Numbered from the stretch's first letter, positions 1-8,442 are shown. The stretch: DNA of 24,777 bases from a virus (IMGVR_UViG_2778261216_000008:1-24777), one strand, 5' to 3'. The notes: generated from the sequence alone by a model not told the origin. Numbers and translations: made by a program.

Positions 1-114
1 TTCGCGTGAAAGGTAAGTATTCTGCGCAATCTCCCCGACTGTCGCCGGTTCGGTGACGCTTAATTCATTAAACACCACTCTGGCAGTTTCTGTCATATCC
101 TGCTGTTTCAGCAT
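1..114 (-). CDS. 5' end of an unidentified gene running off the left edge (MLKQQDMTETARVVFNELSVTEPATVGEIAQNTYLSRE...)
   Basis: ATG at 114..112 preceded by purine-rich GGAAAAGGGAAAAAGAC; open to the window edge; too short for the ORF track; product not recognised. Confidence 0.3.
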   Translation of the reverse strand, partial: MLKQQDMTETARVVFNELSVTEPATVGEIAQNTYLSRE

Positions 115-236
115 GTCTTTTTCCCTTTTCCGGTTAACGTGACACACCAATAACTCTTGTCGAAAAAGCCAGCAAGCTGAAAGACCGGTATGCACCGCCG
201 CCAGCGCGTTTACTGTACTGGACAGATTTCAGCCAT

Positions 237-262
237 AAAAAAACCCGCTCGCAGCGGGTTTA
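237..262 (-). terminator. rho-independent terminator hairpin, U-tract on the minus strand
   Basis: AAAAAAA-CCCGC-tcgca-GCGGG-TTT on plus; on minus the GC stem is followed by 7 T. No plus-strand ORF ends upstream of it. Confidence 0.55.
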
Positions 263-306
263 AGCTGTGTGGCGAAGTAACCACTCTTAACACGATACAA
301 TAATTT

Positions 307-335
307 TTGCGTACGCGTTAGCGCTTTTGTATATT
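307..335 (+). promoter_or_regulatory. candidate sigma70 promoter of the 369-1932 operon
   Basis: TTGCGT (307-312), 17-bp spacer, TATATT (330-335), about 35 nt upstream of the ATG at 369. Confidence 0.4.
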
Positions 336-368
336 CAGCTTAATCCTATGTATTTATGGAAAAATAAG

Positions 369-1400
369 ATGAGCAAGCGTGAAATCAAAACTAAAAAAAT
401 AATCTATAAAGAAGTCACAATGTCAGGTGTGTCAAAGACGCTCCAGTCGATGCTAATGGAACTGCTCAAAAAACACACTAAAGCAGATTCTCGCAAGGAA
501 ATGGTCAACCCAGGAGAGGAAGACTTATTCCGATTAATTAATAAACATGAAGAGTTCCAGGGAATGCTGTTTTGCCAGCTTGTTGCCTTCGAACCAGGCC
601 ATTCTCAACGCTATATACAGCTTAAAAATGATGCTGAATCTTATGAAATAAGATCCGTAACATCAGATGAACTTTCTAAAATGACTGTTGAAGAAGCTGA
701 AGAAGCACGCACAGAGAGGGAACAGGTTGTGCGTGAGTTTATAGATTCAATTCTTTATTTCGGTGTATTTGGTAACAGCATCGTAGTAATGCAATCCAGA
801 TCTCTTACAACAAGAGAACTTGAAACACATCTGAAATGGTTACTTGGCTCTTTAAGCAATTACTTAGGCGCAGAAAACATCTTAAAAGTTTCCGATAAGC
901 CCAAAGAAGAGATCATTGAGGAAGTTCTAAAACGACCTGTAAAATCAGTTTCTATAGGTGCCCCTGTAACTGCCGTTAACGAATTTAGTCAAGGAAGCAA
1001 AAGCCCAGGCTGGGTTCCCGCAGGAACTGCCTCTGAACTCCTTAAAGCTATGTTAGCAGAGAAATGGGAAAGCTTCTTACGTAGTAGCAAGCTTGAAGAT
1101 TGTCTTGATGACGCTAATCTTGAAGTAACGCTGAAAATCACATACAAGAGGAAAACTTCTGATTCAGGAGAAAGGATGTTAAGAAATCTTGTTGACGCTA
1201 CCAGACACTACCCGGATGATGACGTCGTTGTTGAAATGGTTGGCGGGACGCGTTTAACTGGTAAAGAGATTCGTTTATGGAATACTGTTAAACTCACAAC
1301 TTACAATAGCTTAATTGATGAACATGAACTATATGGCCAAATGCATGATTGGATGGTCGCTCTGATCAACAATGGAGAAATAGAAGAGACCGATGAATAG
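369..1400 (+). CDS. hypothetical soluble protein (about 343 aa), first gene of a two-gene cargo operon; no recognisable motif
   Basis: ORF 327..1400 in track; ATG 369 (MSKREIK) chosen, alternatives TTG 327 and ATG 420; charged, helix-rich, no Walker or obvious catalytic motif; AT-rich relative to flanks by eye. Confidence 0.65.
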   Translation: MSKREIKTKKIIYKEVTMSGVSKTLQSMLMELLKKHTKADSRKEMVNPGEEDLFRLINKHEEFQGMLFCQLVAFEPGHSQRYIQLKNDAESYEIRSVTSDELSKMTVEEAEEARTEREQVVREFIDSILYFGVFGNSIVVMQSRSLTTRELETHLKWLLGSLSNYLGAENILKVSDKPKEEIIEEVLKRPVKSVSIGAPVTAVNEFSQGSKSPGWVPAGTASELLKAMLAEKWESFLRSSKLEDCLDDANLEVTLKITYKRKTSDSGERMLRNLVDATRHYPDDDVVVEMVGGTRLTGKEIRLWNTVKLTTYNSLIDEHELYGQMHDWMVALINNGEIEETDE

Positions 1401-1932
1401 AGAGGCTGCTAAGTGCATATCCTACCAACAACCAAGTAGAGCATTCCACTTGGTTGTTGTAGTATTGCTTATGTCTACAGCCTGGTTTATCGCCAATAAG
1501 TACATCATTTTAACATCCATTCCTTGGGGCGTATTAACTATCCTCATCTTACCAATTGCAAGTAGCGCAACCCTGTTTCATAAGTTATCTGAAACCCAAA
1601 AAAACGTTGCTGAGGATTTATCTCGCAATGAACAAAGAAGGTTAACAAGGCTTATTAAAGAAAAAAGCCGGGCAACATTATTCATGCTTACGCTACAAAT
1701 TTCGATAATAATTTTTGTGGCATTGATTAGCCTTGGCAATGAGTCCTCTTTTGTTCAACAGCACATTCATACTATAAGTAAATTCGTTGTTTGTGCTTTG
1801 GTTTTTTCACTATACTCATTAATCCCTGTTTTACTAGGGGTAAAGGAAGTCATTGATTTTGAAGGGTTAATAAAAACACGAAAAACATTAAATAAGCGTA
1901 AAAAATCTGCATTATCCAAGCTTGGGAAGTAA
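1393..1932 (+). CDS. small integral membrane protein (179 aa, about 4 predicted TM segments, basic C-terminal tail)
   Basis: ATG 1393 overlaps the upstream stop (ATGAATAG); hydrophobic stretches LVVVVLLMSTAWFIA, GVLTILILPIASSATLF, LFMLTLQISIIIFVALISL, FVVCALVFSLYSLIPVLLGV. Confidence 0.7.
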   Translation: MNREAAKCISYQQPSRAFHLVVVVLLMSTAWFIANKYIILTSIPWGVLTILILPIASSATLFHKLSETQKNVAEDLSRNEQRRLTRLIKEKSRATLFMLTLQISIIIFVALISLGNESSFVQQHIHTISKFVVCALVFSLYSLIPVLLGVKEVIDFEGLIKTRKTLNKRKKSALSKLGK

Positions 1933-1944
1933 TCCAAGCTTGGG
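1914..1944. repeat. 12-bp direct repeat TCCAAGCTTGGG x2, each with the palindrome CCAAGCTTGG, at the convergent junction with Q
   Basis: Copies at 1914-1925 (inside the end of the membrane-protein gene) and 1933-1944 (between the two convergent stop codons). Confidence 0.5.
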
Positions 1945-1953
1945 TTAGCACTC

Positions 1954-2310
1954 TTAAACCATTCTCAGAACACCATCAATAAAACCTAAAGCAGTTTGCA
2001 ATTCCTTTCTGATCGTACCATCTGAGCATTTCCGCTTCTTTGCAATTGTACGGAGCGAAACCCCAATAACAAAATGTGCGATTATCAGCTCATATTCTTC
2101 AGGCCTATATTTACGCAACCGAGCCACACAACTGTCTATCATAATGCCTTCGTCATCATCACACTGAATCCGGGACTTTTTGCCATGAGGTAAAAGCCCC
2201 TTGAAGCCAGCGGCTACCGGTTGCCAGTCCACTCCGCTATTGTCTGAAGCAGCCCAAGCCCCCCAACGATCCATCACTTCATACATATCACGCATCAACT
2301 TTCTCCACAA
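1954..2310 (-). CDS. Q: late-gene antiterminator Q, QuuD-like small Q family
   Basis: 118 aa; MRDMYEVMDRWGAWAA...AAGFKGL...RIQCDDDE...CSDGTIRKELQTALGFIDGVL resembles DLP12 QuuD as recalled from memory; last gene of the leftward early operon. Confidence 0.7.
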   Translation of the reverse strand: MWRKLMRDMYEVMDRWGAWAASDNSGVDWQPVAAGFKGLLPHGKKSRIQCDDDEGIMIDSCVARLRKYRPEEYELIIAHFVIGVSLRTIAKKRKCSDGTIRKELQTALGFIDGVLRMV

Positions 2311-2312
2311 AA

Positions 2313-3308
2313 TCAGGACAGCACACCAATCGCCAGCGCGCGATCGATAAAACGAAATATCAGCTCCAGTTGGGAACCATACTTCTCTTCAAATGCCACG
2401 GTATCCGCATGCAGTTCGTCATGGTGTTTTCTGCACAAAGGCAACACAAAAAGGTCATGCGCTTTTGTACCCATTCCACCCTGACCATGGCCAATCAGGT
2501 GATGCGGATCGTCGGCTGGCTTACCACAACATGCACACGGCTGCGTCTTAACCCAGCGCGTGTACTTTTCATTAACCCAGCGACGACGTTTGGGGCGTAA
2601 CATAAAAGACTCCGGCGACTCCGGATCCACTTTCAGCGCCAGCACCTTTTTCGCTTTATCCCGGATGATGCTGGTGGCGAGAACCGAAGGCACAAGGTCA
2701 CTTTCCCGGGTAACAGACGGCACAACAGTCTTCGGTAATCTCAGTGCCTTACGGGCTGCACTTTCCGGTAAGGCATCTGCCAGGTCATTACGAACCAGCC
2801 ACCAGCACAGTTCCGGCATTGTCACAACGTGACTGTCATCAAAACCGAGATCCCGGCGCACAACAGACAACACCCAGCGGGCACAGTTATCCGTTGCCAT
2901 TGCTTCCAGCCGTTCCGTGAACTGATCGCGCAGCTGGTTATCGCAGTGCCAGCACAGACGGATTGCGCCCGGCGCGTGCCGCATTGTGGTCATGTTCTCG
3001 CTGTGCCATCCGGAATGAGGCCACTGACAGCCCTTTTCACGAAGTAACCAGCTTTCAAGACATTCCACGCCACCAGCACGACGAATAACTGCCTCATTGC
3101 GGAACACGGCCCGAACGGCAGGATCATCCGCTAACGGTTGTGATGCCGCCGGAACGGCACCACTGGCAAAAGATGAATAGCGTTCCGGCTCAGGCTCCAG
3201 CAGGACACGTCCCTGCATAAACAGGGGCATCAGCTCTGAACCTGGTCTGAACAGTACGATCCCCATTCGCGGGGCAATTTCAGGAGTCAACAATGCTCTC
3301 ACGGTCAC
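2313..3308 (-). CDS. prophage protein with C-terminal Cys/His-rich HNH-like motif (possibly DUF968 family)
   Basis: 331 aa; C-terminus CACCGKPADDPHHLIGHGQGGMGTKAHDLFVLPLCRKHHDELH; GTG start; family assignment from memory only. Confidence 0.55.
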   Translation of the reverse strand: MTVRALLTPEIAPRMGIVLFRPGSELMPLFMQGRVLLEPEPERYSSFASGAVPAASQPLADDPAVRAVFRNEAVIRRAGGVECLESWLLREKGCQWPHSGWHSENMTTMRHAPGAIRLCWHCDNQLRDQFTERLEAMATDNCARWVLSVVRRDLGFDDSHVVTMPELCWWLVRNDLADALPESAARKALRLPKTVVPSVTRESDLVPSVLATSIIRDKAKKVLALKVDPESPESFMLRPKRRRWVNEKYTRWVKTQPCACCGKPADDPHHLIGHGQGGMGTKAHDLFVLPLCRKHHDELHADTVAFEEKYGSQLELIFRFIDRALAIGVLS

Positions 3309-3353
3309 CTCAGCGAACGATATTGCATGAACACAGGAGAAAAAATTCAGCCA

Positions 3354-3611
3354 TCACGCAGTAAACTCCTTCACCAGAGTTTCAAACTGGCTTACCTTGC
3401 CTTCCAGTTCCGCCACGCAATCCACCAGCTCATCCACCGCCTTTTGTGTGCGGTGTTTTGCCTGCAGCAGATCACGAAGCGCCGGAGTAAGCTGCTTGCG
3501 GAGCGTATCCTTTGCCACGCTCATTTTTTCCATCTGTTCAGCACAACGAAGCATCTCCTGCGCCTGGCGACGAAGTTGTTCCGGTGAAACAGTGGCTGTT
3601 CTGTTGTTCAA
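3354..3611 (-). CDS. hypothetical small protein (85 aa, coiled-coil-like)
   Basis: ATG overlaps the DnaB-like stop (ATGA); no recognisable domain. Confidence 0.5.
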   Translation of the reverse strand: MNNRTATVSPEQLRRQAQEMLRCAEQMEKMSVAKDTLRKQLTPALRDLLQAKHRTQKAVDELVDCVAELEGKVSQFETLVKEFTA

Positions 3612-5008
3612 AATAAACGCTCCGTTTTACTACCCGACATGCGGTTATTGCTGTATCTGCGCGGAGTGCCCGGCGTCATGGGAGTGGAAAGAACCCGGGC
3701 ACTCTCCTGGTCCACAGGCAGAAAATGCCCGTTATGAAAACGCCGGTAAATGGTACCCAGCGTGCCATTACGCTGTTTCGTGATGTTGATTTCAGCTATG
3801 CCTCTCGCCTGTGTCTCCGGGTTGTACACCTCATCCCTGTAAAGCATCAGAATGATGTCTGCATCCGCCTCTATTTCCCCTGAGTTTTTCAGGTCCGAGT
3901 TCATGGGGCGTTTATTGGGTCTGGATTCCACACCGCGGGAGAGCTGGCTCAGAGCAATCAGCGGAAAACCGCCGGATTTTGCCAGGCTTTTTAGTCCCTT
4001 TGAGATTTCCCCCACAGCAAGGTCGTGACGCCCCGTGCTGCGGGTTTTAATCAGGCCGAGGTAATCGACCACCACCAGCGCCGTTTCCGGGTGTTTCATC
4101 CGGTGGTGCCTCGTGGTTGCACATATCTCATCAATGGTCAGGTTTGCCTGGTCCACCATCCAGATATTACGCCCCGTCATTCGTCCCACGCCCTGTGAGA
4201 AACGCGCCCAGTCTTCGTCTTCAAAACGGGCAACAGACTTAAGACGGGATACCGGCATTCCCCCGGCAGCAGACACCATACGTTCACCAATCTGAATGTT
4301 CGCCATCTCCATGGTGAACAGAAGCACGCCATGCCCCTGCTCAGTCACCTTGTCGATGATATCCAGCGCAAGTTCGGTTTTCCCCATCGAAGGACGAGCC
4401 GCAATGAATACCAGGTCGCCTGGCTCCATACCGCCCGTTTTTGCGTCCAGTTCATCAATACCGGTCATCAACGCCCTGGATTTCTCCAGTCCCTGATTGC
4501 GGCATTCAACACGGTCGACCACTTCCGGAAGGACATCATCAATGTGAACCGGCTGAATGACGCCCTTTCCGGTCGACAGTGAGGCCATCATGTTCTGCGC
4601 ATCCTTCAGGGCATCCTCGGCTGCTTCACAGGTATACGCATCACGTAAATTCTGTAATGCTTCAGTCAGTGTTTTTTCTGCATCGCGCAGTGCGGCATTA
4701 CGCCGCAACGCTGCGACATAGTGCTCCAGTGAAGACTTCACCCAGGTTTTGCGTCCGGTGTCGGTAATCACCGGGGCAAGTTCCGGCATCTCATTGCACA
4801 GCAGTACGGGGTCAATGACGCCGGATACACGGGCCTGTCTGCAAATTCCCGCGTAAATATCCCGGTACTGTCGTGCAGAAAAAACGTCCGCCGACAATGT
4901 GGCCAGAATATCCATCACTTCCGGATCAGCCCCACGCAGAAAAAACGCACCGATGACAGCTCCTTCCAGGTCATAATTACGCCACGCCGGATTTGTCGGG
5001 TTTGTCAT
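3608..5008 (-). CDS. DnaB-like replicative DNA helicase
   Basis: Walker A ARPSMGKTELALDI plus DnaB-like C-terminal domain; start MTNPTNPAW overlaps the DnaC-like stop (ATGA). Confidence 0.85.
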   Translation of the reverse strand: MTNPTNPAWRNYDLEGAVIGAFFLRGADPEVMDILATLSADVFSARQYRDIYAGICRQARVSGVIDPVLLCNEMPELAPVITDTGRKTWVKSSLEHYVAALRRNAALRDAEKTLTEALQNLRDAYTCEAAEDALKDAQNMMASLSTGKGVIQPVHIDDVLPEVVDRVECRNQGLEKSRALMTGIDELDAKTGGMEPGDLVFIAARPSMGKTELALDIIDKVTEQGHGVLLFTMEMANIQIGERMVSAAGGMPVSRLKSVARFEDEDWARFSQGVGRMTGRNIWMVDQANLTIDEICATTRHHRMKHPETALVVVDYLGLIKTRSTGRHDLAVGEISKGLKSLAKSGGFPLIALSQLSRGVESRPNKRPMNSDLKNSGEIEADADIILMLYRDEVYNPETQARGIAEINITKQRNGTLGTIYRRFHNGHFLPVDQESARVLSTPMTPGTPRRYSNNRMSGSKTERLF

Positions 5009-5895
5009 GCTGCCACACCTCTGATATGCGCACGGTAGCTTTCCCAACCAAACACCAGGCAGTTACGCCCACCATCAGTAACGCGATCCACAATCCGTTC
5101 ACCAATGGATTCCTTAAGCTGTTCAAACGTCAGGTTGCTGATCAAAATTGTCGGTAAAATGCTTTCGTAACGCGCATTTATGATTTCCTGCAGGATGGTT
5201 ATCTCCGCAGGCGTACCGAACTGCACACCAACCTCATCGATGATAAGCAGATCCAGCGATGCAAAATGATTAATCACTTCATCGTCAGTGCGCTCAGAGT
5301 TGTGGCGCCAGGTATTTTTCACCGCACGGGTAAGCCGCATTACATCCGTGATTTCTATGGTTGCCTGGTGGTGGCGAATAATATTTTTTGCCATTGATAC
5401 AGCCAGGTGATTTTTACCGGTACCACAATTGCCAATCATGACCATGCTGGTGCCTGCAGCGAGACATTTCTTCCAGGAAGCGGCATAGCGCTGACAGGCT
5501 TCAAGGTTTTTCTGTGCGTCAGTATTCACCGCCTGATAATTCTCAAACTCACAGTCCTGGAACCGGCGGGCAATACCGGCCTGATCGAGTAATTCACGAA
5601 CCTTCAGGGCGCGTAATTCGTCATACACGCGGTCCAGCTCCTCACTGAGGCAGGACAGGCAACCGGACACCCGTTTGACAGCTTTCCCCCTTACATCCGG
5701 GCCCGTCAGCACATAGCGCGTGTATTTTCCGTGTTTCCCGCAGGACACCGTCTCAGTGCTTTGCACCCAATGCTCACAGCGCCACGGACGCTTTCCGCCA
5801 CGGACAAATGCCAGCTCCTCTTCCAGGTCTGCCTTGCGGTTAAGTAACTGCGCTTTGTCGTGTTGCATGTGTTGTTTGTTCAGGAAATTAGTCAT
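5005..5895 (-). CDS. DnaC-like (IstB-type AAA+) helicase loader
   Basis: Walker A GNCGTGKNHLA, Walker B LLIIDEVG; start MTNFLNKQ after RBS GGGAGGG. Confidence 0.85.
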   Translation of the reverse strand: MTNFLNKQHMQHDKAQLLNRKADLEEELAFVRGGKRPWRCEHWVQSTETVSCGKHGKYTRYVLTGPDVRGKAVKRVSGCLSCLSEELDRVYDELRALKVRELLDQAGIARRFQDCEFENYQAVNTDAQKNLEACQRYAASWKKCLAAGTSMVMIGNCGTGKNHLAVSMAKNIIRHHQATIEITDVMRLTRAVKNTWRHNSERTDDEVINHFASLDLLIIDEVGVQFGTPAEITILQEIINARYESILPTILISNLTFEQLKESIGERIVDRVTDGGRNCLVFGWESYRAHIRGVAA

Positions 5896-5914
5896 TTTCA
5901 CCCTCCCCACAAAA

Positions 5915-6826
5915 TCACCAGTTGAAGTTCGTTGAGCCGTAGTCCTGTTCACTGAATCCCGAGATCGGGAGGCTTTTGCCCCGCCCACCTCCGGGGGCTG
6001 CTGGCTGTTGCCAGGATTCCTCGAAATGACGATCGGGTCCAAAGAACGTCGACGCCTGCTTCACGAACTGGGTACCGGTATTTCCAGAGACACGCACCCA
6101 GGCGGCATAGCGTTTCACACCGTTGAGCATGGTTTCGGGTGTCACACCTTCCCTGATTCGGGCTTTCCAGGCTTTGAAGGCTGCTGACTTGGAATTACCA
6201 CCAGCACGTTTGGGATATTCCTGCCAGGCCTGTTCAAATTCCGGTGAATATTCCTGTCTGGCAGAACGCGCTGGTGCAGACGCGTCAGCGGATGCGCCAA
6301 TATCTTGCGGTTCATGTTTTGAATTTACTGGTGGTTCATGTTTTAAACCTTGTGGATCTGGGGTCAGATTCTGAAGGGTCAAACGCGTATTTTTGCCAGA
6401 ATCTGAAGGGTCAAACACACCTGAACATACAGATTCTGACGGTTCAGATTTTGAAGGTTCAGAATCTGAAGGGTCACGTAATCCTGAAAGTCTGCGCTGC
6501 TGTTTCAGTTCTGCAACCTTATCCCGCTCTGTTCTGGCAAGCAGCTCAAGCCGATCAGCATTCAGATGATAAAGATTGGACGTATTACGGTTACCTTTGC
6601 GGCGTGACTGACGCGTCAGCCAGCCATCAGCCTCCAGTTCGGAGATTGCCGTTCTGACTGTACTTTCTCCCAACCCAAGCTGTCGGCATATGGTTTCAAC
6701 ACCTGGGTAGCACACCCCGTCATCATTCGAATAATCCGCCAAGCGCGCCATAATCATCAGTTTTGCACCTTTGATGCCATATGCTGCACATGCATCCCAG
6801 ACATTACCTAGGATTTTGCTACTCAT
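5915..6826 (-). CDS. replication initiator (lambda O-like) with N-terminal HTH and internal iterons
   Basis: N-terminal HTH-like segment; iteron array inside the coding sequence (Ser/Asp/Pro repeat in the protein); directly upstream of loader and helicase. Confidence 0.7.
   Translation of the reverse strand: MSSKILGNVWDACAAYGIKGAKLMIMARLADYSNDDGVCYPGVETICRQLGLGESTVRTAISELEADGWLTRQSRRKGNRNTSNLYHLNADRLELLARTERDKVAELKQQRRLSGLRDPSDSEPSKSEPSESVCSGVFDPSDSGKNTRLTLQNLTPDPQGLKHEPPVNSKHEPQDIGASADASAPARSARQEYSPEFEQAWQEYPKRAGGNSKSAAFKAWKARIREGVTPETMLNGVKRYAAWVRVSGNTGTQFVKQASTFFGPDRHFEESWQQPAAPGGGRGKSLPISGFSEQDYGSTNFNW
6309..6477. repeat. origin-type iteron array inside the initiator gene
   Basis: GGTTCATGTTTT x2 (6309-6320, 6333-6344); CAGAWTCTGAAGGGTCA x3 (6365-6384, 6397-6416, 6460-6477) plus degenerate copies at 6430-6461. 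Confidence 0.65.
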
Positions 6827-7047
6827 ACGGCACCTCCCAGACGCTTAAACATTTTTCCGGACTGAAACGCCACCAGCGGATAACTCAGGGTATGAGTACG
6901 TCCCTGAACCTGGCAGACAACCTTCTGGCTTTCTGTATTGACCAGGCAAACCCGCAGAACGTGTCCATTGCTGGTGGTGAACCACTGCCCCACACGGGGG
7001 CAATGGTTGTATCGGTGATACAGGAAATTAACGATGTGGCGGATCAT
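6823..7047 (-). CDS. hypothetical small protein (74 aa)
   Basis: ATGA start/stop overlaps on both sides within the operon; no recognisable domain. Confidence 0.45.
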   Translation of the reverse strand: MIRHIVNFLYHRYNHCPRVGQWFTTSNGHVLRVCLVNTESQKVVCQVQGRTHTLSYPLVAFQSGKMFKRLGGAV

Positions 7048-7238
7048 GGACGCACCTCCGCCGTAGTTACGTATTTAACCGGGCTACCTTTCATTGAGAT
7101 GGTTTCACACATCTCTGCCGCTTTCAGTTCTGCCGTTTTTCTGGATTTATAGCGACGGTGCCAGACAGATACATCCGTGCGAACTGATACATCGTTTCTG
7201 TATTCAGTTGTGGAAATAATAATTTCGTAACTAATCAT
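7044..7238 (-). CDS. hypothetical small protein (64 aa)
   Basis: ATG 7238 after RBS GGAGG, overlapping the upstream stop; track ORF 7044..7253 trimmed to this start. Confidence 0.45.
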   Translation of the reverse strand: MISYEIIISTTEYRNDVSVRTDVSVWHRRYKSRKTAELKAAEMCETISMKGSPVKYVTTAEVRP

Positions 7239-7597
7239 GGACGCGCCTCCCACTGATTACGGCGGAAAGCGGTAAGATTCAGGCTGTTCCCTGCCTCATG
7301 GAATGCTTCAATGCAGCTCTCGTAGTACCGCATTGTGCGTAGACTTAACCCAAGCTGAAGCATCATCAGGCCATCAAAGGTGATGTAATAACCACGCAGG
7401 GAGTCACCATAGATGTGATAAGTACCCGGTATGAAATTGCGGGTAAAAAATTCGCGCGAGCAGTTCAGATACTCGATTTTGTCGACGATGTTCTGGTGCA
7501 TGCGCTTGAAATGGCAGGCAACATGCAGGGAGAAAATAACGGCCTTGCCGTTGACGACTTCGATTTTCAGGTATGGGGAAGTTGGGTCTGTAGCCAT
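7235..7597 (-). CDS. Rha-family (Phage_pRha-like) protein, diverged paralogue 2
   Basis: 120 aa from ATG 7597 after conserved GAGGCTGCCATC; GKAVIFSLHVACHFKRMHQNIVDKIEYL and YYITFDGLMMLQLGL parallel the Rha core of the upstream paralogue. Confidence 0.55.
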   Translation of the reverse strand: MATDPTSPYLKIEVVNGKAVIFSLHVACHFKRMHQNIVDKIEYLNCSREFFTRNFIPGTYHIYGDSLRGYYITFDGLMMLQLGLSLRTMRYYESCIEAFHEAGNSLNLTAFRRNQWEARP

Positions 7598-7890
7598 GAT
7601 GGCAGCCTCCGTATGCAATGGATAACTTCCACCACCGGAAACGCCAATTTCGCTGGTGGTGAACTGAGCAGGGTTGGCGTAACCGGCGCATACGGAAACC
7701 GGCGCACCTTTCGGTGCCCCCACCCAGCCCACCATAATTTGGGTATAGCTGAGTTGTAGCAACAAAAAAGACGCTAACGCGCCAATTGTCGCCGTATGCA
7801 ATTCTAGGACGCCAATCCCGGCACCCGTTTTATAAGGTGCCTGAACAGTGTAACGTCCCGGAATGGCAGAATCAATATTCAGGTAGCGGA
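7598..7890 (-). promoter_or_regulatory. structured leader 2 upstream of Rha paralogue 2 (candidate cis-regulatory RNA/attenuator)
   Basis: Shares a 42-nt near-identical 5' block, CCCAAATTATGGTGGG and the RBS block with leader 1; hairpin GGGGCACC-GAAA-GGTGCGCC (7701-7720); GC stem + T6 at about 7764-7783. Confidence 0.5.
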
Positions 7891-8442
7891 TCATAGACGC
7901 ACCTCCTTGTCAGAACCATTCAGCCTGGAATCAACAAGTGCAGCACCAAAAACAGCATCACCTACACGGTCGTACAGTTTGCTGGCCAGCGGAGATTCAA
8001 CAGCCTTAAGCATTGGATAAAGCTGGCTTGTCCAGATTTGATGGATTTCACGCAAATGCAGGTATACGCCTCTGGCGTTTCGTGCGACAGCTGACATATC
8101 AGACGCATCGGCACCTGATAAACTCTTCTCCATCTGGTTAAAGGCATTGATGTATGCCTCTTTGAACCTGGCTGCACGTTTACCAGTGAAGCCCATGGCA
8201 AGAAACGCAAAACCGTCGCGGGTGATTTGATAGCAAGGTAGTTTGCGGCCTGTGCAATCAGTGTAATCACTCACCGAAAAATTGCGGGCAGTGAGTGATG
8301 CGGAACATTCAAGCGTGCGGATCTTTTTCAGTACATCGTCATGACGTTTGGAGAAGAAGTTGGCAACAGCCAGGGATGAAGTAACAGCCTGACCATCAAC
8401 GATGGCAATTTCAGGTTGAGTGAGGGTTGGGATCGTAGCCAT
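7891..8442 (-). CDS. Rha-family (Phage_pRha) regulatory protein, paralogue 1
   Basis: 183 aa from ATG 8442 after RBS AAGAGG; GQAVTSSLAVANFFSKRHDDVLKKIRTLE...YQITRDGFAFLAMGFTGKRAARFKEAYINAFNQME matches the Rha domain pattern. Confidence 0.7.
   Translation of the reverse strand: MATIPTLTQPEIAIVDGQAVTSSLAVANFFSKRHDDVLKKIRTLECSASLTARNFSVSDYTDCTGRKLPCYQITRDGFAFLAMGFTGKRAARFKEAYINAFNQMEKSLSGADASDMSAVARNARGVYLHLREIHQIWTSQLYPMLKAVESPLASKLYDRVGDAVFGAALVDSRLNGSDKEVRL

Noticed and set aside
1933-1953. tRNA or toxin genes immediately downstream of Q, as in Stx phages
   Set aside because: The Q stop is only 21 bp from the convergent cargo operon's stop. No tRNA-like structure was found by eye and no Shiga-toxin-like ORF is present; a proper tRNA scan was not possible.
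2370-3047. Plus-strand ORFs 2370..2600, 2560..2832 and 2829..3047
   Set aside because: They lie entirely antisense within the Cys/His-rich protein gene and have no RBS or operon context; treated as shadow ORFs.
3327-4767. Plus-strand ORFs 3327..3587, 3397..3783, 4113..4295, 4296..4496, 4331..4582 and 4579..4767
   Set aside because: Antisense to the well-supported 85-aa and DnaB-like genes; composition-driven open frames.
6365-6477. Tandem repeats as a possible CRISPR array
   Set aside because: Repeats are about 17 bp, imperfect, lack regular unique spacers and sit inside the initiator coding sequence; they are origin iterons.
7404-7759. ORFs 7404..7691 (-), 7415..7759 (+) and 7431..7625 (+)
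   Set aside because: They overlap the structured leader and the start of Rha2 in alternative frames or antisense; no start-site support.
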